Source: an uncultured Armatimonadetes bacterium (GTDB lineage Bacteria > Armatimonadota > UBA5829 > DTJY01). From it: a DNA stretch of 64,000 bases. The notes under the pieces were generated by a model that ran no database searches, had not been told where the DNA came from, and was given only the letters and a program-made list of their open reading frames with translations. A program made the position numbers and the translations under genes. How positions within the stretch are numbered: the first letter of the stretch is position 1; every line of letters begins with the position of its first letter. Below, piece by piece: positions 10,629-21,270 of the stretch. The stretch is from assembly GCA_963717145.1 (NCBI GenBank), contig OY970325.1, positions 640,001 to 704,000 of the forward strand, written 5' to 3'.

Positions 10629-10736
10629 GCAGAACCCTCACCCCCGACCCCTCTCCCTCAGAAGGGCGAGGGGAGTGCTCGGCGGTAGACTCCCCTCGCC
10701 CTTCTGAGGGAGAGGGGTCGGGGGTGAGGGTTCTGC
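10629..10736. repeat. ~100-bp palindromic element (ACCCTCACCCCCGACCCCTCTCCCTCAGAAGGG family), copy 1
   Basis: Perfect ~48-bp arms; near-identical copies at 17890 and 42368. Confidence 0.95.
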
Positions 10737-10765
10737 GAGCCATATGGCGCATGGAGGAGTATTCA

Positions 10766-12301
10766 ATGCCGCAGATTACACGCAGAGACTTCATCAAGGC
10801 CGCAGGTGGATTCGTATCGGCCGCAACGCTCACTCCCGGCCTGATTCAGGAAACCCTGGCCGCTGAGAAGAAGCGCCCGAACGTACTCTTCCTCATGACC
10901 GATCAGCAGACTCACTCCGCGATGCGATGCGCGGGTAACTCCTACATACGGACGCCCAACCTCGACAGGCTGGCCCGGGATGGCGCCCGCTTCACGAATT
11001 CCGTCTGCGCCACGCCGTTCTGCTCTCCGACACGCGCATCGTTCATCACCGGCGAATGGCCGCATACCCACGGCATCGTCAAGAACGTGGAGGCGAAAGG
11101 TAAGGGCTTTGGCGACAAGGTGGTTGCCACAGAGCAGCTTCTGTTCGACAAGGGATATGAGACCTTCCAGATGGGGAAGTGGCATCTTGGCGAAAAGAAT
11201 GACCTGAGATGCTACCGCAGAGAGCAGGACCTCACATCGACTGAAGCCTACAACCAAGTCAGGAAGTCCCTGCCCGACGAGCAGATGGATAAGGCTCGAC
11301 CCGGGGATGTCGAGATATCCGGCGTGTGCTATACGCCTGAGGTGGCGCGACTCCACGGCAGATGGGCCACTGAGAAGAACAGGGTGGGGCAGGATCTGAC
11401 GACGATCGGGCGCTCCCTCGTTCCCCCTGAGTACAACTATGAATCCTGGCTTGCGGACCGGTGCATCGACCTGATCAGGAAGTACAAGGAGAACAACTTC
11501 ATGATCACCTGGTCGGTCGGCCCGCCGCACGCGTACTGGATCGTGCCTGACCCGTACTACAGCATGTACGATCCCGGCAAGATCAAGCTTCCCGCGAGCT
11601 TCGGCGAGATCCCGGAGGTCTACAGGAACTCCGGGCCCGGTCATCTAAGCACCGAACTGGGCGAGAAGGGTGTGCGTGAGATGATGAGGTGCTACTACGG
11701 CCAGGTCACCATGATGGACTGGTGCATCGGCAGGATTCTCGACGCGCTCAAGGCCGAGGGACTCGACGAGGACACGCTCGTTGTCTTCACCAGCGATCAC
11801 GGCGACATGCAGGGCGGCCACGGGATGATCGACAAGGCGCTGCCCGCGTACTACGAGGAGATCGTCCGCACTCCGCTGATCATGCGGTATCCCGGCTCGA
11901 TCAAGCCCGGCACGGTGATCGACACCCACGTCCAGACCGTCGATTTCATGCCGACGTTTCTCGATTACACCGGTATGCCGACGCCGAAGACCGCGCAGGG
12001 CGTTTCGATCAGACCGCTCCTCGAGGGCAAGGCGAAGGACGACGACCGGCCCGGATTTTGCGAGCGCGGGCTTGGCGACCAGGGCGGTTGGAGCCGCATG
12101 GTTCGGACTCACGAGTGGAAGTACGACTGCTACGCTGATGGACGCAAGGAGCTGTTCAACCTCGCGAAGGATCCGGGTGAGATGACAAATCTGGCAAACG
12201 ACGGCTCAGCGGCCGCAGATCAGAAGAGACTCCACAAGATGCTCGTCACCCAGGCCGAGAAGAGCAAAGACCCGGCACTGAAGTTCCTCTCGAAAGCATA
12301 G
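10766..12301 (+). CDS. Tat-exported sulfatase
   Basis: TRRDF Tat motif; DQQ, CSPTRAS (CxPxR), GKWHL and TSDHG motifs. Confidence 0.92.
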   Translation: MPQITRRDFIKAAGGFVSAATLTPGLIQETLAAEKKRPNVLFLMTDQQTHSAMRCAGNSYIRTPNLDRLARDGARFTNSVCATPFCSPTRASFITGEWPHTHGIVKNVEAKGKGFGDKVVATEQLLFDKGYETFQMGKWHLGEKNDLRCYRREQDLTSTEAYNQVRKSLPDEQMDKARPGDVEISGVCYTPEVARLHGRWATEKNRVGQDLTTIGRSLVPPEYNYESWLADRCIDLIRKYKENNFMITWSVGPPHAYWIVPDPYYSMYDPGKIKLPASFGEIPEVYRNSGPGHLSTELGEKGVREMMRCYYGQVTMMDWCIGRILDALKAEGLDEDTLVVFTSDHGDMQGGHGMIDKALPAYYEEIVRTPLIMRYPGSIKPGTVIDTHVQTVDFMPTFLDYTGMPTPKTAQGVSIRPLLEGKAKDDDRPGFCERGLGDQGGWSRMVRTHEWKYDCYADGRKELFNLAKDPGEMTNLANDGSAAADQKRLHKMLVTQAEKSKDPALKFLSKA

Positions 12302-12307
12302 TGGGGG

Positions 12308-12865
12308 TTACCCGGGAGACTGGAGATCGGCGTACATGTAAGTCAACGGTGGGGAATCGTCGACTTCATTCTCCGTGCCTTCGTTCACCCCTTGGTACCA
12401 CTGGGCCTCAACGGCAGCCTTCTCGAAGCCGAAACCAGCGTAGAATGGAATGGCGTCCTGATAGGCGACTACACTGAGAACTCGGCAAGGGAATCTTTGC
12501 TGGAGTTCGAAGACAAGTTTGAGTAGGTACTCCATCAGGAGAGTGCCGATCCCTTGGCCTCTACAGCCATCCGCCACGGCCAAGTACGTGATCTCGACGC
12601 CCGGGGCAGCCTGGGCAAGGTCGAAATCAACATCCAGCCTTTGGTGATCGCCGTATTGCAGGGTCAGAGTTGTGAGTCGATAAGCGATATACCCGACAAC
12701 GATCTCGTCTTCCACCGCGACGACGGTGGCTATGAGGTGCTTCTCCCGAGACTCCAGGGCGTGCTGCTGGAGGAACTCCTGGAGTGCCGAAAGGCCAACA
12801 CCCCCGCTGCACCGGAAAGTGCCAACAGGGGTGTTCTCATCGAGGAAATCAAGTTCGACAGCCAT
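12308..12865 (-). CDS. GNAT acetyltransferase (putative toxin)
   Basis: LAV...RGQGIG acetyl-CoA motif; FYAGFGF; N-terminal F.C...L..FL like AtaT/TacT-type toxins. Confidence 0.75.
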   Translation of the reverse strand: MAVELDFLDENTPVGTFRCSGGVGLSALQEFLQQHALESREKHLIATVVAVEDEIVVGYIAYRLTTLTLQYGDHQRLDVDFDLAQAAPGVEITYLAVADGCRGQGIGTLLMEYLLKLVFELQQRFPCRVLSVVAYQDAIPFYAGFGFEKAAVEAQWYQGVNEGTENEVDDSPPLTYMYADLQSPG

Positions 12866-12875
12866 GAGGGAGCGC

Positions 12876-13034
12876 CTACTTAGAGTCCTTCGTCCTGAGT
12901 GGGAATGACCTCGTGCTCGCGGCGATCATTCTGCTGTGGGCCTTTCCATCCCTGCGGGAGCGAACGAGGGCACCTCCGACTTCCTTCGCATCTTTGCCCG
13001 TGAATGTGTTCCGAGTGCGTCGCACCTGTGTCAT
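12876..13034 (-). CDS. Small basic protein, putative antitoxin
   Basis: 52 aa; GGAGG RBS; TATAAT near 13085; lies 10 bp upstream of the GNAT gene. Confidence 0.55.
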   Translation of the reverse strand: MTQVRRTRNTFTGKDAKEVGGALVRSRRDGKAHSRMIAASTRSFPLRTKDSK

Positions 13035-13170
13035 GGTTGCCACCTCCGATTGGCAAGTGGACAGGAAGTGTCTTGCCACTGTTATTATACCCCGCTCGAC
13101 CCTGAGCTGTCAACGAATTCTGCGCCATTGGTCGCCGATGTCTGAGTTCCTTCCGCGTCCGACAGGCCAG

Positions 13171-16100
13171 CTATTGCGGCTCGACTCTCAGCCGGAACCT
13201 TTCACCGAACCGGGTGCGGCCGATCGCCTCGAAGGTGAACGTCAGATCGACCGGCGACGTGAATGTCGCCGGCATCGCGACTGGGAACGACGCCTTCCCG
13301 AATGCCAGATGACCGACTGGCTCTGTTAGCATCGCTCTCGATTCCCTCCCGTCCACATCGATCAGGATGCACACGTTTTCCTGCTTCCTCGTGTCGCCGG
13401 CGAGTAGCTTAGCCTCTCCGAGGTCGGTGAACTCAACTCTCGCCTTCAGAGGCTCGCCCGGTTGCAGATCGATGGTATCGCCGCTTCGGACGCGGCTCCA
13501 CTTGCCGTATGCATCCTGCACCTCGACGAGGTCGAATGCGGCGTCAAGGTATTTGGGCGGGTTGTAGTCATTCTCGGGGACGTTGCCGATTGCCACGAGT
13601 GGGCAGTTCGATGAGTCGGTCCCCGTGCCTTCGGTGCGGAGGCCGGGGGACAATCCCTGGTCGATCGCCGCCCAGAACTTCCGCTTGGACGCGTCATAGA
13701 TGCCCGCGATTCCCTCGGGGTACTTGTCGCGGTCGATCGTGATCCAGTAGTCGATCGGCTTCGCAGACGGGCCGTTGATGAACTGGTCTGCATACCGGCG
13801 GATGACCTTGCTGACCGGCTTGTCCGAGCCGTCCGGCTGGATCACGCCGTAGTCGCTGTTTTCGCCGACGCGGAATCCGCCGGGATAGTACCACGAATAG
13901 AGGCCGTCCGCGCCGCTCTTGATCAGCATCTGGTAGAACTGCTCGTAAAACCGCGCCTGGTAGTCGAGCTTGTCCGGGGTGCTACGCATCTGGGAGTTGT
14001 CCCAGGCGGTGACTCCCTGCTCCTTCCAAATCATCGGCTTCTTCGGGGCGGCCCAGCGCGCGTATTCGAACTGGAACCATCCCGGCTTCACGCGCTCCCA
14101 CTGATCGCTGATCCGTCCGTATGCCTCGGGCGCGAGGAAATCGACTGCACCCGCGAGGTAGGGGAAGTCGTACGGGATGCGTCCCTCCCATCGGTAGTTG
14201 GGATTCGCCGCCTCAGCCATCCGGAAGCTCACGAGGTGGTTCGGATCGACGCTCCTCACGAGCCGACGGGCCTCGCCGTACTTCTCATAGAGCAGTGTGT
14301 CGAGGAACCTTCGGTACGCTGCTGCCATCACCCGCCACTCGCCGTCGAACTCGGTCTGAGGCGGCTCCGGATTGGTGATCTTACCGCTCTCGTCTCTCGT
14401 CACCGGGAATCCCCAGTCCTTTTCGGCGTTCTCGATGCTCCCATACCGCTCGACGATCCACTTCTCCCAGTCGCCGTCCCAGATCACGCGATCGCGCTGG
14501 TGGCCGAACATCGGCTCCCATGCGAGATCGTAGGCGACGACCGTATCGTTGTCCTTGAGTCGCATGTCGGTGATGATCTCCCCGATCTGCGGCCAGAGGA
14601 AGTCCATCGGAGTGCCTGGTCGCAGGGAGACATCTGCCTTCATGCCGGCCGCGTCGAGCCTTCGCAGGAGGTCGACCAGGTTCTGGGCCTGATGCTGGCC
14701 ATAGTAGATGAAGATGCTGACCGCGTTGTATCCGAGGTCCTTCATGTGGCAGATGTCACGCTGGACGATCTCGGGGTCGTATGACCGAGCCCCGATGTAG
14801 TGCTCGAAGTACTCGCCGTCCTCGGTGCCGACGCCGGACGACGGCATGTAGTTGACGCCGTGAGCCCTCCAACGCTTGCCGTCGAGCATGAACTCGCCGT
14901 CCTTGGTGGTGACGAAGTGCTTGTCTTTCTTGGGAGTCCAGACGTTGACCGGATGCCGCACCCTGTCCACGACCTTGCCATCGATGGAGACCTCGGCGGT
15001 GGCGATGTATCCGTCCTCAGGCCATCTCTCCGGCTTCCATTTGTCGCCAAGATACGCATCTCCTCCGGGACCGTGGCTGACAACGAACTCCTTGCTGACG
15101 GCGACTTTTCCGTTCTTTGCCTCAGTCAGTGTCACCCGTGCGTCGACACGGCGGATTCCCCCCCATGCCCCCCCTGCAGGCGTGCCGAGATGAACTGTGT
15201 TCACTCCCAGGGACATTTCCTGATCCTCGAAATAGGTGAAGAAGTTCGTGCCGCCGTCGATCATGAACTCGCCTTCCTGCACCTTCGCGGCGATCTGACG
15301 CACGAGGTCGAGCGCGGCCGGCGACCTGTACCATGCGGGGTCGCTGATGCCGAACGACGCCCAGATGCTCCCCTTGTATGGTCCATCGGTGGTGGCGATC
15401 ATGGTGACAGGGCTGCCTCGCCACTCGCCGGAAGCGGTCTCGGCCTGGACGAGCGGGATGTAGCGCCACGTGCGTCCCTTGTTGTACCCGCCGCCGCCCG
15501 GACGAGGATGCGGGGAGCGAATTGCGGCCGGAAGAGGAAGCTTTGCATCGGCAAGTATCGCCTGGTCGTTCCTGACCTTGAGGGACGCCACCTCGGTCGA
15601 GTCGAAGAACTTATAGCCGGGGGATAGTATGTCGAGCTTCGGTGGGTCGAATGCCCCCAGGATCTCCTCGTACTCGGACGTCATCGGGGCGGTCCCGAAG
15701 ACGCCGACCCAGTACTCCTGCTTGCCGATGATCGCCCCGCCCATGTGGGTGTGCGCCATCCCTACGGCCAGGCCGGCGGCATTCTCGGGCTTGAAGACGT
15801 CACCTCGGCCGCCGCGATTCGGCACGCTGATCCAGAACTTGAAGTCCTCCGGCACGAGGACGTACTGCCGCCACTCGGGGTAGAGTGGCACGACCGCGAT
15901 CCACCGCGAGCCGTCCTTTTCGGCCCACTCGATCGCAAGCTGGGTGGTCAACGGCCCACCTTTTGCGGAGAAGACCGTGAGCGTGTCTCCCTTCGGGAAC
16001 GGCTGCTCGACATCCGGAGCGCCATAGGTATCCCACGAGGTGAGGTTCGGAATGACGACGTGCAGAGAGCCTGTCCCAGGAGCGGCCCCATCAGCCGTCA

Positions 16101-16619
16101 GTTCGATGGAGGAGGGCTCCTGTCGTTATCGCTCGCACGACGCCAGTCGGAGGCGGCTCCGGACTTGAAGTCATACAGCACGTGCGGTGGGAGTGTGCTC
16201 GCCTTGCTCTTCTGGAAGTCATCGCGCGTGATCCAGCCGTCGTTCGTCTTGATGTACGCCGTCTGCCAAAGCGGGGCATTGAGCGCCACGATGTCGCCGC
16301 CCGCTCGCAGGAAGCCGTCGATCGGGCCGGTGGCCTTCGCGGGCAGGGCGGCCGCATTCGGGAGCACGAGCAGATCGAAGTTGCTCGACGTCAGCCGATC
16401 GGGGCTGCAGATATCCCCGGCGTCGATCGTTCGAACATCGTACCCGGCGCCCGTCAGTTGGCCTGCCAGCGAATCGATCAACGCCGGATCGTCACCGGGT
16501 AATCCGCTCTTGAGCAGTGCGGCCCTGCCCGATGCCGCAAGCCCCGAAGCCGATAGGCCGAGCACGAAGCTGAGTATCAGGCAGCTTGTTACCAGAATCC
16601 TGTGGATGTCCAGACTCAT
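13171..16619 (-). CDS. Large secreted glycoside-hydrolase-like protein (clan GH-A-like TIM barrel), frameshift near 16115
   Basis: Signal peptide ORF 16098-16619 joins 13171-15951 if one C is added; F.LDGKRW...GVNY and AWEP motifs. Confidence 0.6.
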
Positions 16620-16685
16620 GAGCCGAATCCTCCTGTGACGCTTGTCTCAGGTGCATTGTTCGCTCGGTTGCGCCTGGACTCCTGC

Positions 16686-16784
16686 CTTTGGAGTGCGGTG
16701 GCTCGACACCGCTTTTGCTCCCCGGCGGCTTGACGCCCCAGGGACCGCTCGCAAAAGCGGTGTCGAGCCACCGCACTCCAAAAG
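16686..16784. repeat. Palindromic element, GGAGTGCGGTGGCTCGACACCGCTTT family
   Basis: ~32-bp inverted arms; partial copy at 33850-33873. Confidence 0.9.
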
Positions 16785-16793
16785 TGGTATACT
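16785..16793 (+). promoter_or_regulatory. Extended -10 element (TGGTATACT)
   Basis: TGnTATACT upstream of the GGAGG RBS and ATG 16816. Confidence 0.5.
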
Positions 16794-16815
16794 GCACTCG
16801 TCGGAGGTAACAACA

Positions 16816-17865
16816 ATGCTGGTCTTACTTTTGGGGTGCATCATGGCGACGCAGAACGTTGATTTCGGGTTCACGTCACTTGTCGGCCAAGTGTCGAAGG
16901 AGTATCCTCGGCACAGCGAGGGAGACATCATCGAGCTGAAGGACGGCACGCTCCTCCTCGGCTGGACGAGGTTCACCGGCGGAGGGGCCGACCATTCGAC
17001 CGCTCATATCGCGGCGGTGACCTCGAAGGACGGCGGGCGCACGTGGGGCGAGCCGTATGTCATCCAGGAGAACACCGGCAAGCAGAACGTCATGTCGCTC
17101 AGCTTCGTGCGGCTGAGGTCGGGGAAGATCGGCATGTTCTACCTCGAAAAGAATAGCAACTCGGACCTGCAGGTGCACTATCGCTACTCGACCGATGAAG
17201 CCAAAAGCTGGGGTCCGATTCAGAGAGTCCCCGCTCCGGACGGCTACAACATCATGAACAACGACCGTGTCGTCCAACTCGAGTCCGGCCGGATCATCCT
17301 GCCGATCTCCTGCGCATCGGACATAGGAACGTCCGATCCACTCTGGGTGTTCTGCATGTACTCGGACGACGAGGGCAAGACCTGGAAGCGCTCGACACCC
17401 GACCTGAAGTGCCCGAAGCGCGGCGCGATGGAACCGGGCGTCGTCGAACTGGCAAGCGGCGATCTGCTCATGGTCATCCGCAACCAGATGGGCGTCATCT
17501 ACACCAGCACTTCGAAGGATCGGGGAGCGACATGGTCTGATCCGCAGCCGACGGATATCAAGTCGCCCGAATCGCCGGCGACCATCAAGCGGATCCCGAA
17601 GAGCAAGGACCTGCTCCTCGTCTGGAACAACAATGAGAATGGAAGCCGGCAGCGCTCGCCTCTCACGGCCGCGATCTCGAAGGACAACGGCAAGACGTGG
17701 ATGAACGTCAGGAACATCGAACACGACCCCGAATCCAACTACGCATACATCAGCATCGACTTCGTGAAAGACAACGTGCTCCTAACGTATTACGACAATC
17801 CCAAGGGTGGCGGATGGAATCTTCGATTCCGCAGCGTCCCCCTGAAGCGGTTCACGGAGCGATGA
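16816..17865 (+). CDS. Sialidase-like (GH33/BNR Asp-box) protein
   Basis: Multiple S.D.G.TW Asp-boxes. Confidence 0.85.
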   Translation: MLVLLLGCIMATQNVDFGFTSLVGQVSKEYPRHSEGDIIELKDGTLLLGWTRFTGGGADHSTAHIAAVTSKDGGRTWGEPYVIQENTGKQNVMSLSFVRLRSGKIGMFYLEKNSNSDLQVHYRYSTDEAKSWGPIQRVPAPDGYNIMNNDRVVQLESGRIILPISCASDIGTSDPLWVFCMYSDDEGKTWKRSTPDLKCPKRGAMEPGVVELASGDLLMVIRNQMGVIYTSTSKDRGATWSDPQPTDIKSPESPATIKRIPKSKDLLLVWNNNENGSRQRSPLTAAISKDNGKTWMNVRNIEHDPESNYAYISIDFVKDNVLLTYYDNPKGGGWNLRFRSVPLKRFTER

Positions 17866-17889
17866 CACAGGAAGAGCCGTCCCCAAAGC

Positions 17890-17982
17890 GACCCTCACCC
17901 CCGACCCCTCTCCCTCAGAAGGGTGAGGGGAGACGCCATCTCCCCTCGCCCTTCTGAGGGAGAGGGGTCGGGGGTGAGGGTC
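17890..17982. repeat. ~100-bp palindromic element, copy 2
   Basis: Same arms as 10629-10736 with a shorter loop. Confidence 0.95.
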
Positions 17983-18086
17983 ATCCGTGGACTCCCTCCT
18001 CAACGGTCGGCCAGGCGCTGAAACTTAATGCCGATTCGGCTGAGTATAAACTGGCAAACTGGGTAAAGAGTGTCTGACACAAATGC

Positions 18087-18731
18087 GTGAAAGCACCTGT
18101 GAGTAGCATCGTGAAGTGTCTGGTACTAGTTGCACATCCGGATGACGAGACGATATGGGTCGGTGGAACGATCCTCAGGCACAGCGCCTGGGATTGGAGC
18201 ATCCTGTCCATGTGTCGCGCGGACGATCCGGATCGCGCCCCGAGGTTCGATCGAGCGGTGGCCGAACTCGGCGCTCGGGGATGGATGTCCGACCTGGACG
18301 ACAGCAGCCCGGTGCTCGAGACCCTCTCGCCGGATCTGGTGGAGATCAAGTCGAGGATCAGACGGCTGCCGACGATGGAGTATGATCTGATCCTTACTCA
18401 CGGCCCGGACGGGGAGTACACTCGCCACGAGCGTCACGAACAGGTGCATCGCGCGGTGTGTGAAATGACCAATGCCGGGGAAATACAGGGCAGGGTATTC
18501 TGTTTCGCCTACGAGGACTGCGCCGGTGACTGCCGACCTCATCCCGAGGAGGATGCGCGGTTGGAGATCACCCTCAGCGGGGATGAATACCGACGGAAGC
18601 AGCACATCGTTCGTGACATCTACGGTTTCGGTGAAGGCAGCTTCGAGCAGACCGCAGCGGGACCAGTGGAGGCGTTCAATCTGTGCGCGGGGGCGAAACC
18701 GAGCTTGCCCGGCATACCCTGGCAGCGATAG
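18087..18731 (+). CDS. PIG-L/LmbE family deacetylase
   Basis: VAHPDDE motif; THGPDGEY..H..H motif. Confidence 0.85.
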   Translation: MKAPVSSIVKCLVLVAHPDDETIWVGGTILRHSAWDWSILSMCRADDPDRAPRFDRAVAELGARGWMSDLDDSSPVLETLSPDLVEIKSRIRRLPTMEYDLILTHGPDGEYTRHERHEQVHRAVCEMTNAGEIQGRVFCFAYEDCAGDCRPHPEEDARLEITLSGDEYRRKQHIVRDIYGFGEGSFEQTAAGPVEAFNLCAGAKPSLPGIPWQR

Positions 18732-18749
18732 CACTTCGGAGGACACAAA

Positions 18750-19901
18750 TTGCGAATCCTGCTTCTCTATGAGTATCCGCCGCCACCCGCGGGTCTGGCA
18801 ACACAAGGCGACCTGCTGTATCGCGGGCTGGAGGAGATAGGCGTCGACGCCATTCCGGCGCCGAAGACGGGCAACCTTCAGAAGGAATGGCTGTACAAGT
18901 TGTACCAGCCCGATGCCTGCATTGGCGTCGGATGGTGGGGAATGATGCCGGAACTCGTCCTCCACCCGATGAAGCACGGCATCGTGCCGGTCCCATGGCT
19001 CGTGGCCGACGGATGGGTCGCCAACTATCAGGACGAACTGAACAGCCTGCCTCTCATAATGACGACCAGCGCATGGGTCTCCGAGGCCTATGAGCGCGAC
19101 GGCGTTTCCCCCGATCGCATGGTGGTCCAGCCCATAGGATGCGACACGGAGGCGTTCAAGCCGATGCCGAAGGACCATCCGAGGGTGAAGGTAGTGCGCG
19201 ACATCCTCGGGGTCGCCGACGACGAAAAGCTTATCCTGACCATCGGTGGCGACGCCTGCAGCAAGGGCAGCCAGGAGATGATGAAGGCGCTGGCCAGGAT
19301 CGACTCCGAGTATCCTAAGTGGCGGTATGTCTGCAAAGTCTGGAACCAGGAGCGGAGCCAGAAACAAAACGAACTGGACTTGGCGCTGGCTGAGGAACTC
19401 GGAATCCGTGACAAAGTGACATACGTCGATGGGGTGCTCTCCCGTGAGTTCATGCCCTATCTCTACAATGCGTGTGACATCTACGCCGGCCCGAGCCGCC
19501 AGGAGGGCTTCGGAATGCCTCACGTCGAGGCTCAGTCGTGTGGGAAACCCGTGTTGAGCGTCGACGCAATGGGCATAAAGGAGACGGTGCTCCACGGCGA
19601 GACCGGATTCATGGCGCGGGTGGCCGAGTGGGTCGCGATCACTGAGGGGCGAACCGGACCGGACGGCGGCTATCCCGAGGGGACAGTGATTCCGTTCGAC
19701 GAGCCGAAGGTGATCGCGTGCAGAGCCAATGTAGATGACTTGGCGGAATACCTTCTCACGATGCTTACCGACGACGACCTGACCGCGAAAATGGGTGCGG
19801 CGGGAAGGGAGCATGCCATCGATTGCTTCGATTACCGTGACGTTGCTCATCAGGTGGCGAACCTGTTGAGTGAGCGTCTGTCGCTCGATGTAGCCGCTTG
19901 A
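18750..19901 (+). CDS. Glycosyltransferase family 4
   Basis: EGFGMPHVEAQSCGKPV and ETG motifs. Confidence 0.9.
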   Translation: MRILLLYEYPPPPAGLATQGDLLYRGLEEIGVDAIPAPKTGNLQKEWLYKLYQPDACIGVGWWGMMPELVLHPMKHGIVPVPWLVADGWVANYQDELNSLPLIMTTSAWVSEAYERDGVSPDRMVVQPIGCDTEAFKPMPKDHPRVKVVRDILGVADDEKLILTIGGDACSKGSQEMMKALARIDSEYPKWRYVCKVWNQERSQKQNELDLALAEELGIRDKVTYVDGVLSREFMPYLYNACDIYAGPSRQEGFGMPHVEAQSCGKPVLSVDAMGIKETVLHGETGFMARVAEWVAITEGRTGPDGGYPEGTVIPFDEPKVIACRANVDDLAEYLLTMLTDDDLTAKMGAAGREHAIDCFDYRDVAHQVANLLSERLSLDVAA

Positions 19902-19914
19902 AAGGAATAGACAC

Positions 19915-21102
19915 ATGGCGAAGGTCATGCCCGTGGAGGCTGAAGATCCCCAGGAGCTGATTGAGACCGCATGTCTGAAGGCGGAAGAGGTGCTTGATAA
20001 GTGTTCGACGCCGAACGGACTCTACGCCTCTCCGGTGAAGTACAACGCGGTCTATGCCCGTGACGCGCTGATCACTTCGCTCGGCGGTCTCCTGTCCGGA
20101 GAGGATCGGTATATCCGTCAGTGGCTGAAGACTATGGACACGCTGATGGACCGGCAGTCGGAAACCGGGCAGATTCCGAACTACGTCGACACGTTCGTCC
20201 CGTCAAGGCCGAGGATACTCGCGTTCGGGGCGGCCGACGCGTCGCTCTGGTTCGCCCTGTCTCTGTCGTATGCTGAGAAGCTCATCGGACCGAGGCCGGA
20301 GTTCCACAAGGCCGCCGAGAATGCCATGGTCTGGCTGCAGTACCAGGATGCGCACGAGGAGGGGCTGATCGAGCAGCAGGAGGCCACCGACTGGATGGAC
20401 ATCATCGCGAACAGAGGCCACGTGCTGTATACGAATGTGCTCTAGTTCGCGGCTCTGGAGCTTCGGCAGGATATCAAGCGCGCGCACCTTGTCAGGGAGG
20501 CGATAAACGGCTTTCTGTGGAGCAGCGAACTCGGCTACTTCAGGCCATACTCGTGGAAACAGGAACACGGCGACTGGTTCGACACGGCGGGAAACCTCTT
20601 CGCAGTGGCGTTCCGGCTCGCGGATGAAGAGCAGACGAAGAGCATCCTCGACTTCATCGAGGAGAACAGAATCGACCGGCCGTATCCCGTGCGGACGATG
20701 TTTCCCCCGATCGAGCCGGGAGACAAGGACTGGCGCGAGTACTACCGGACAGAGCACAACCTGAACATGCCGAACCAGTACCACAACGGAGGCATCTGGC
20801 CGTGGGTCGGCGGGCTATACGTCGCGGCGCTGGTGCATGCCGGTCGACTCGATAAGGCGAAGGATGAACTCTACAGACTCGCCCAGGCCGATCATCTCGG
20901 ACGAGATCGCGAATGGGAGTTCAACGAGTGGCTGCACGGCCTGACCGGTGAGCCGAGTGGATCGCCGGATCAGGCGTGGTCGGCGGGGATGTTCATCTAT
21001 GCCTATCACTGCGTCCAGGAGGGTCACCAGCCCGTCTTCTCGATGATGGAATCGGCGGAATGCCAGATGTGGCACAACAATGGGGTGAGCCACAACCAGT
21101 AG
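19915..21102 (+). pseudogene. (alpha/alpha)6 glycoside hydrolase (amylo-alpha-1,6-glucosidase/GH100-like) interrupted by in-frame TAG at 20443-20445
   Basis: YARD, DWMD, YHNGGIWPW, FNEW and QAWSA motifs lie in one continuous frame across the TAG. Confidence 0.75.
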
Positions 21103-21128
21103 GGTCTTGCCGTTGATCACCCACGGCG

Positions 21129-21208
21129 CAACGGCGTCATGCTGAACTTGATTCAGCACCCACCGTGTACACCGTGGGTGCTGAATCAAGTTCAGCATGA
21201 CGCCGTTG
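21129..21208. repeat. Palindromic element, GTCATGCTGAACTTGATTCAGCA family, copy 2 (arms swapped relative to 4229)
   Basis: ~35-bp inverted repeat with the same core. Confidence 0.9.
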
Positions 21209-21270
21209 GTGGGTATTCGGAAGGTCATCCCTCCTGCGCCCTAGAACAATAGGGCAATGGAGGGACAACC

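Noticed and set aside
10622-10765. Palindrome-encoded N-terminal extension of the sulfatase
   Set aside because: The RBS and Tat motif support a start at 10766, so this copy is probably untranslated.
15155-15180. C-run tract (CCCCCCATGCCCCCCC) as a phase-variation site or repeat remnant
   Set aside because: The frame is intact, the runs are short, and there is no second copy in the window.
18126-19928. 600-aa minus-strand ORF and similar long antisense ORFs (35822-37612, 54500-55855, 57420-58766)
   Set aside because: GC-rich shadow frames opposite well-supported genes, with no recognisable motifs.
20443-20445. Pyrrolysine or genome-wide TAG recoding
   Set aside because: Many genes here end in TAG, and the position suits Trp.
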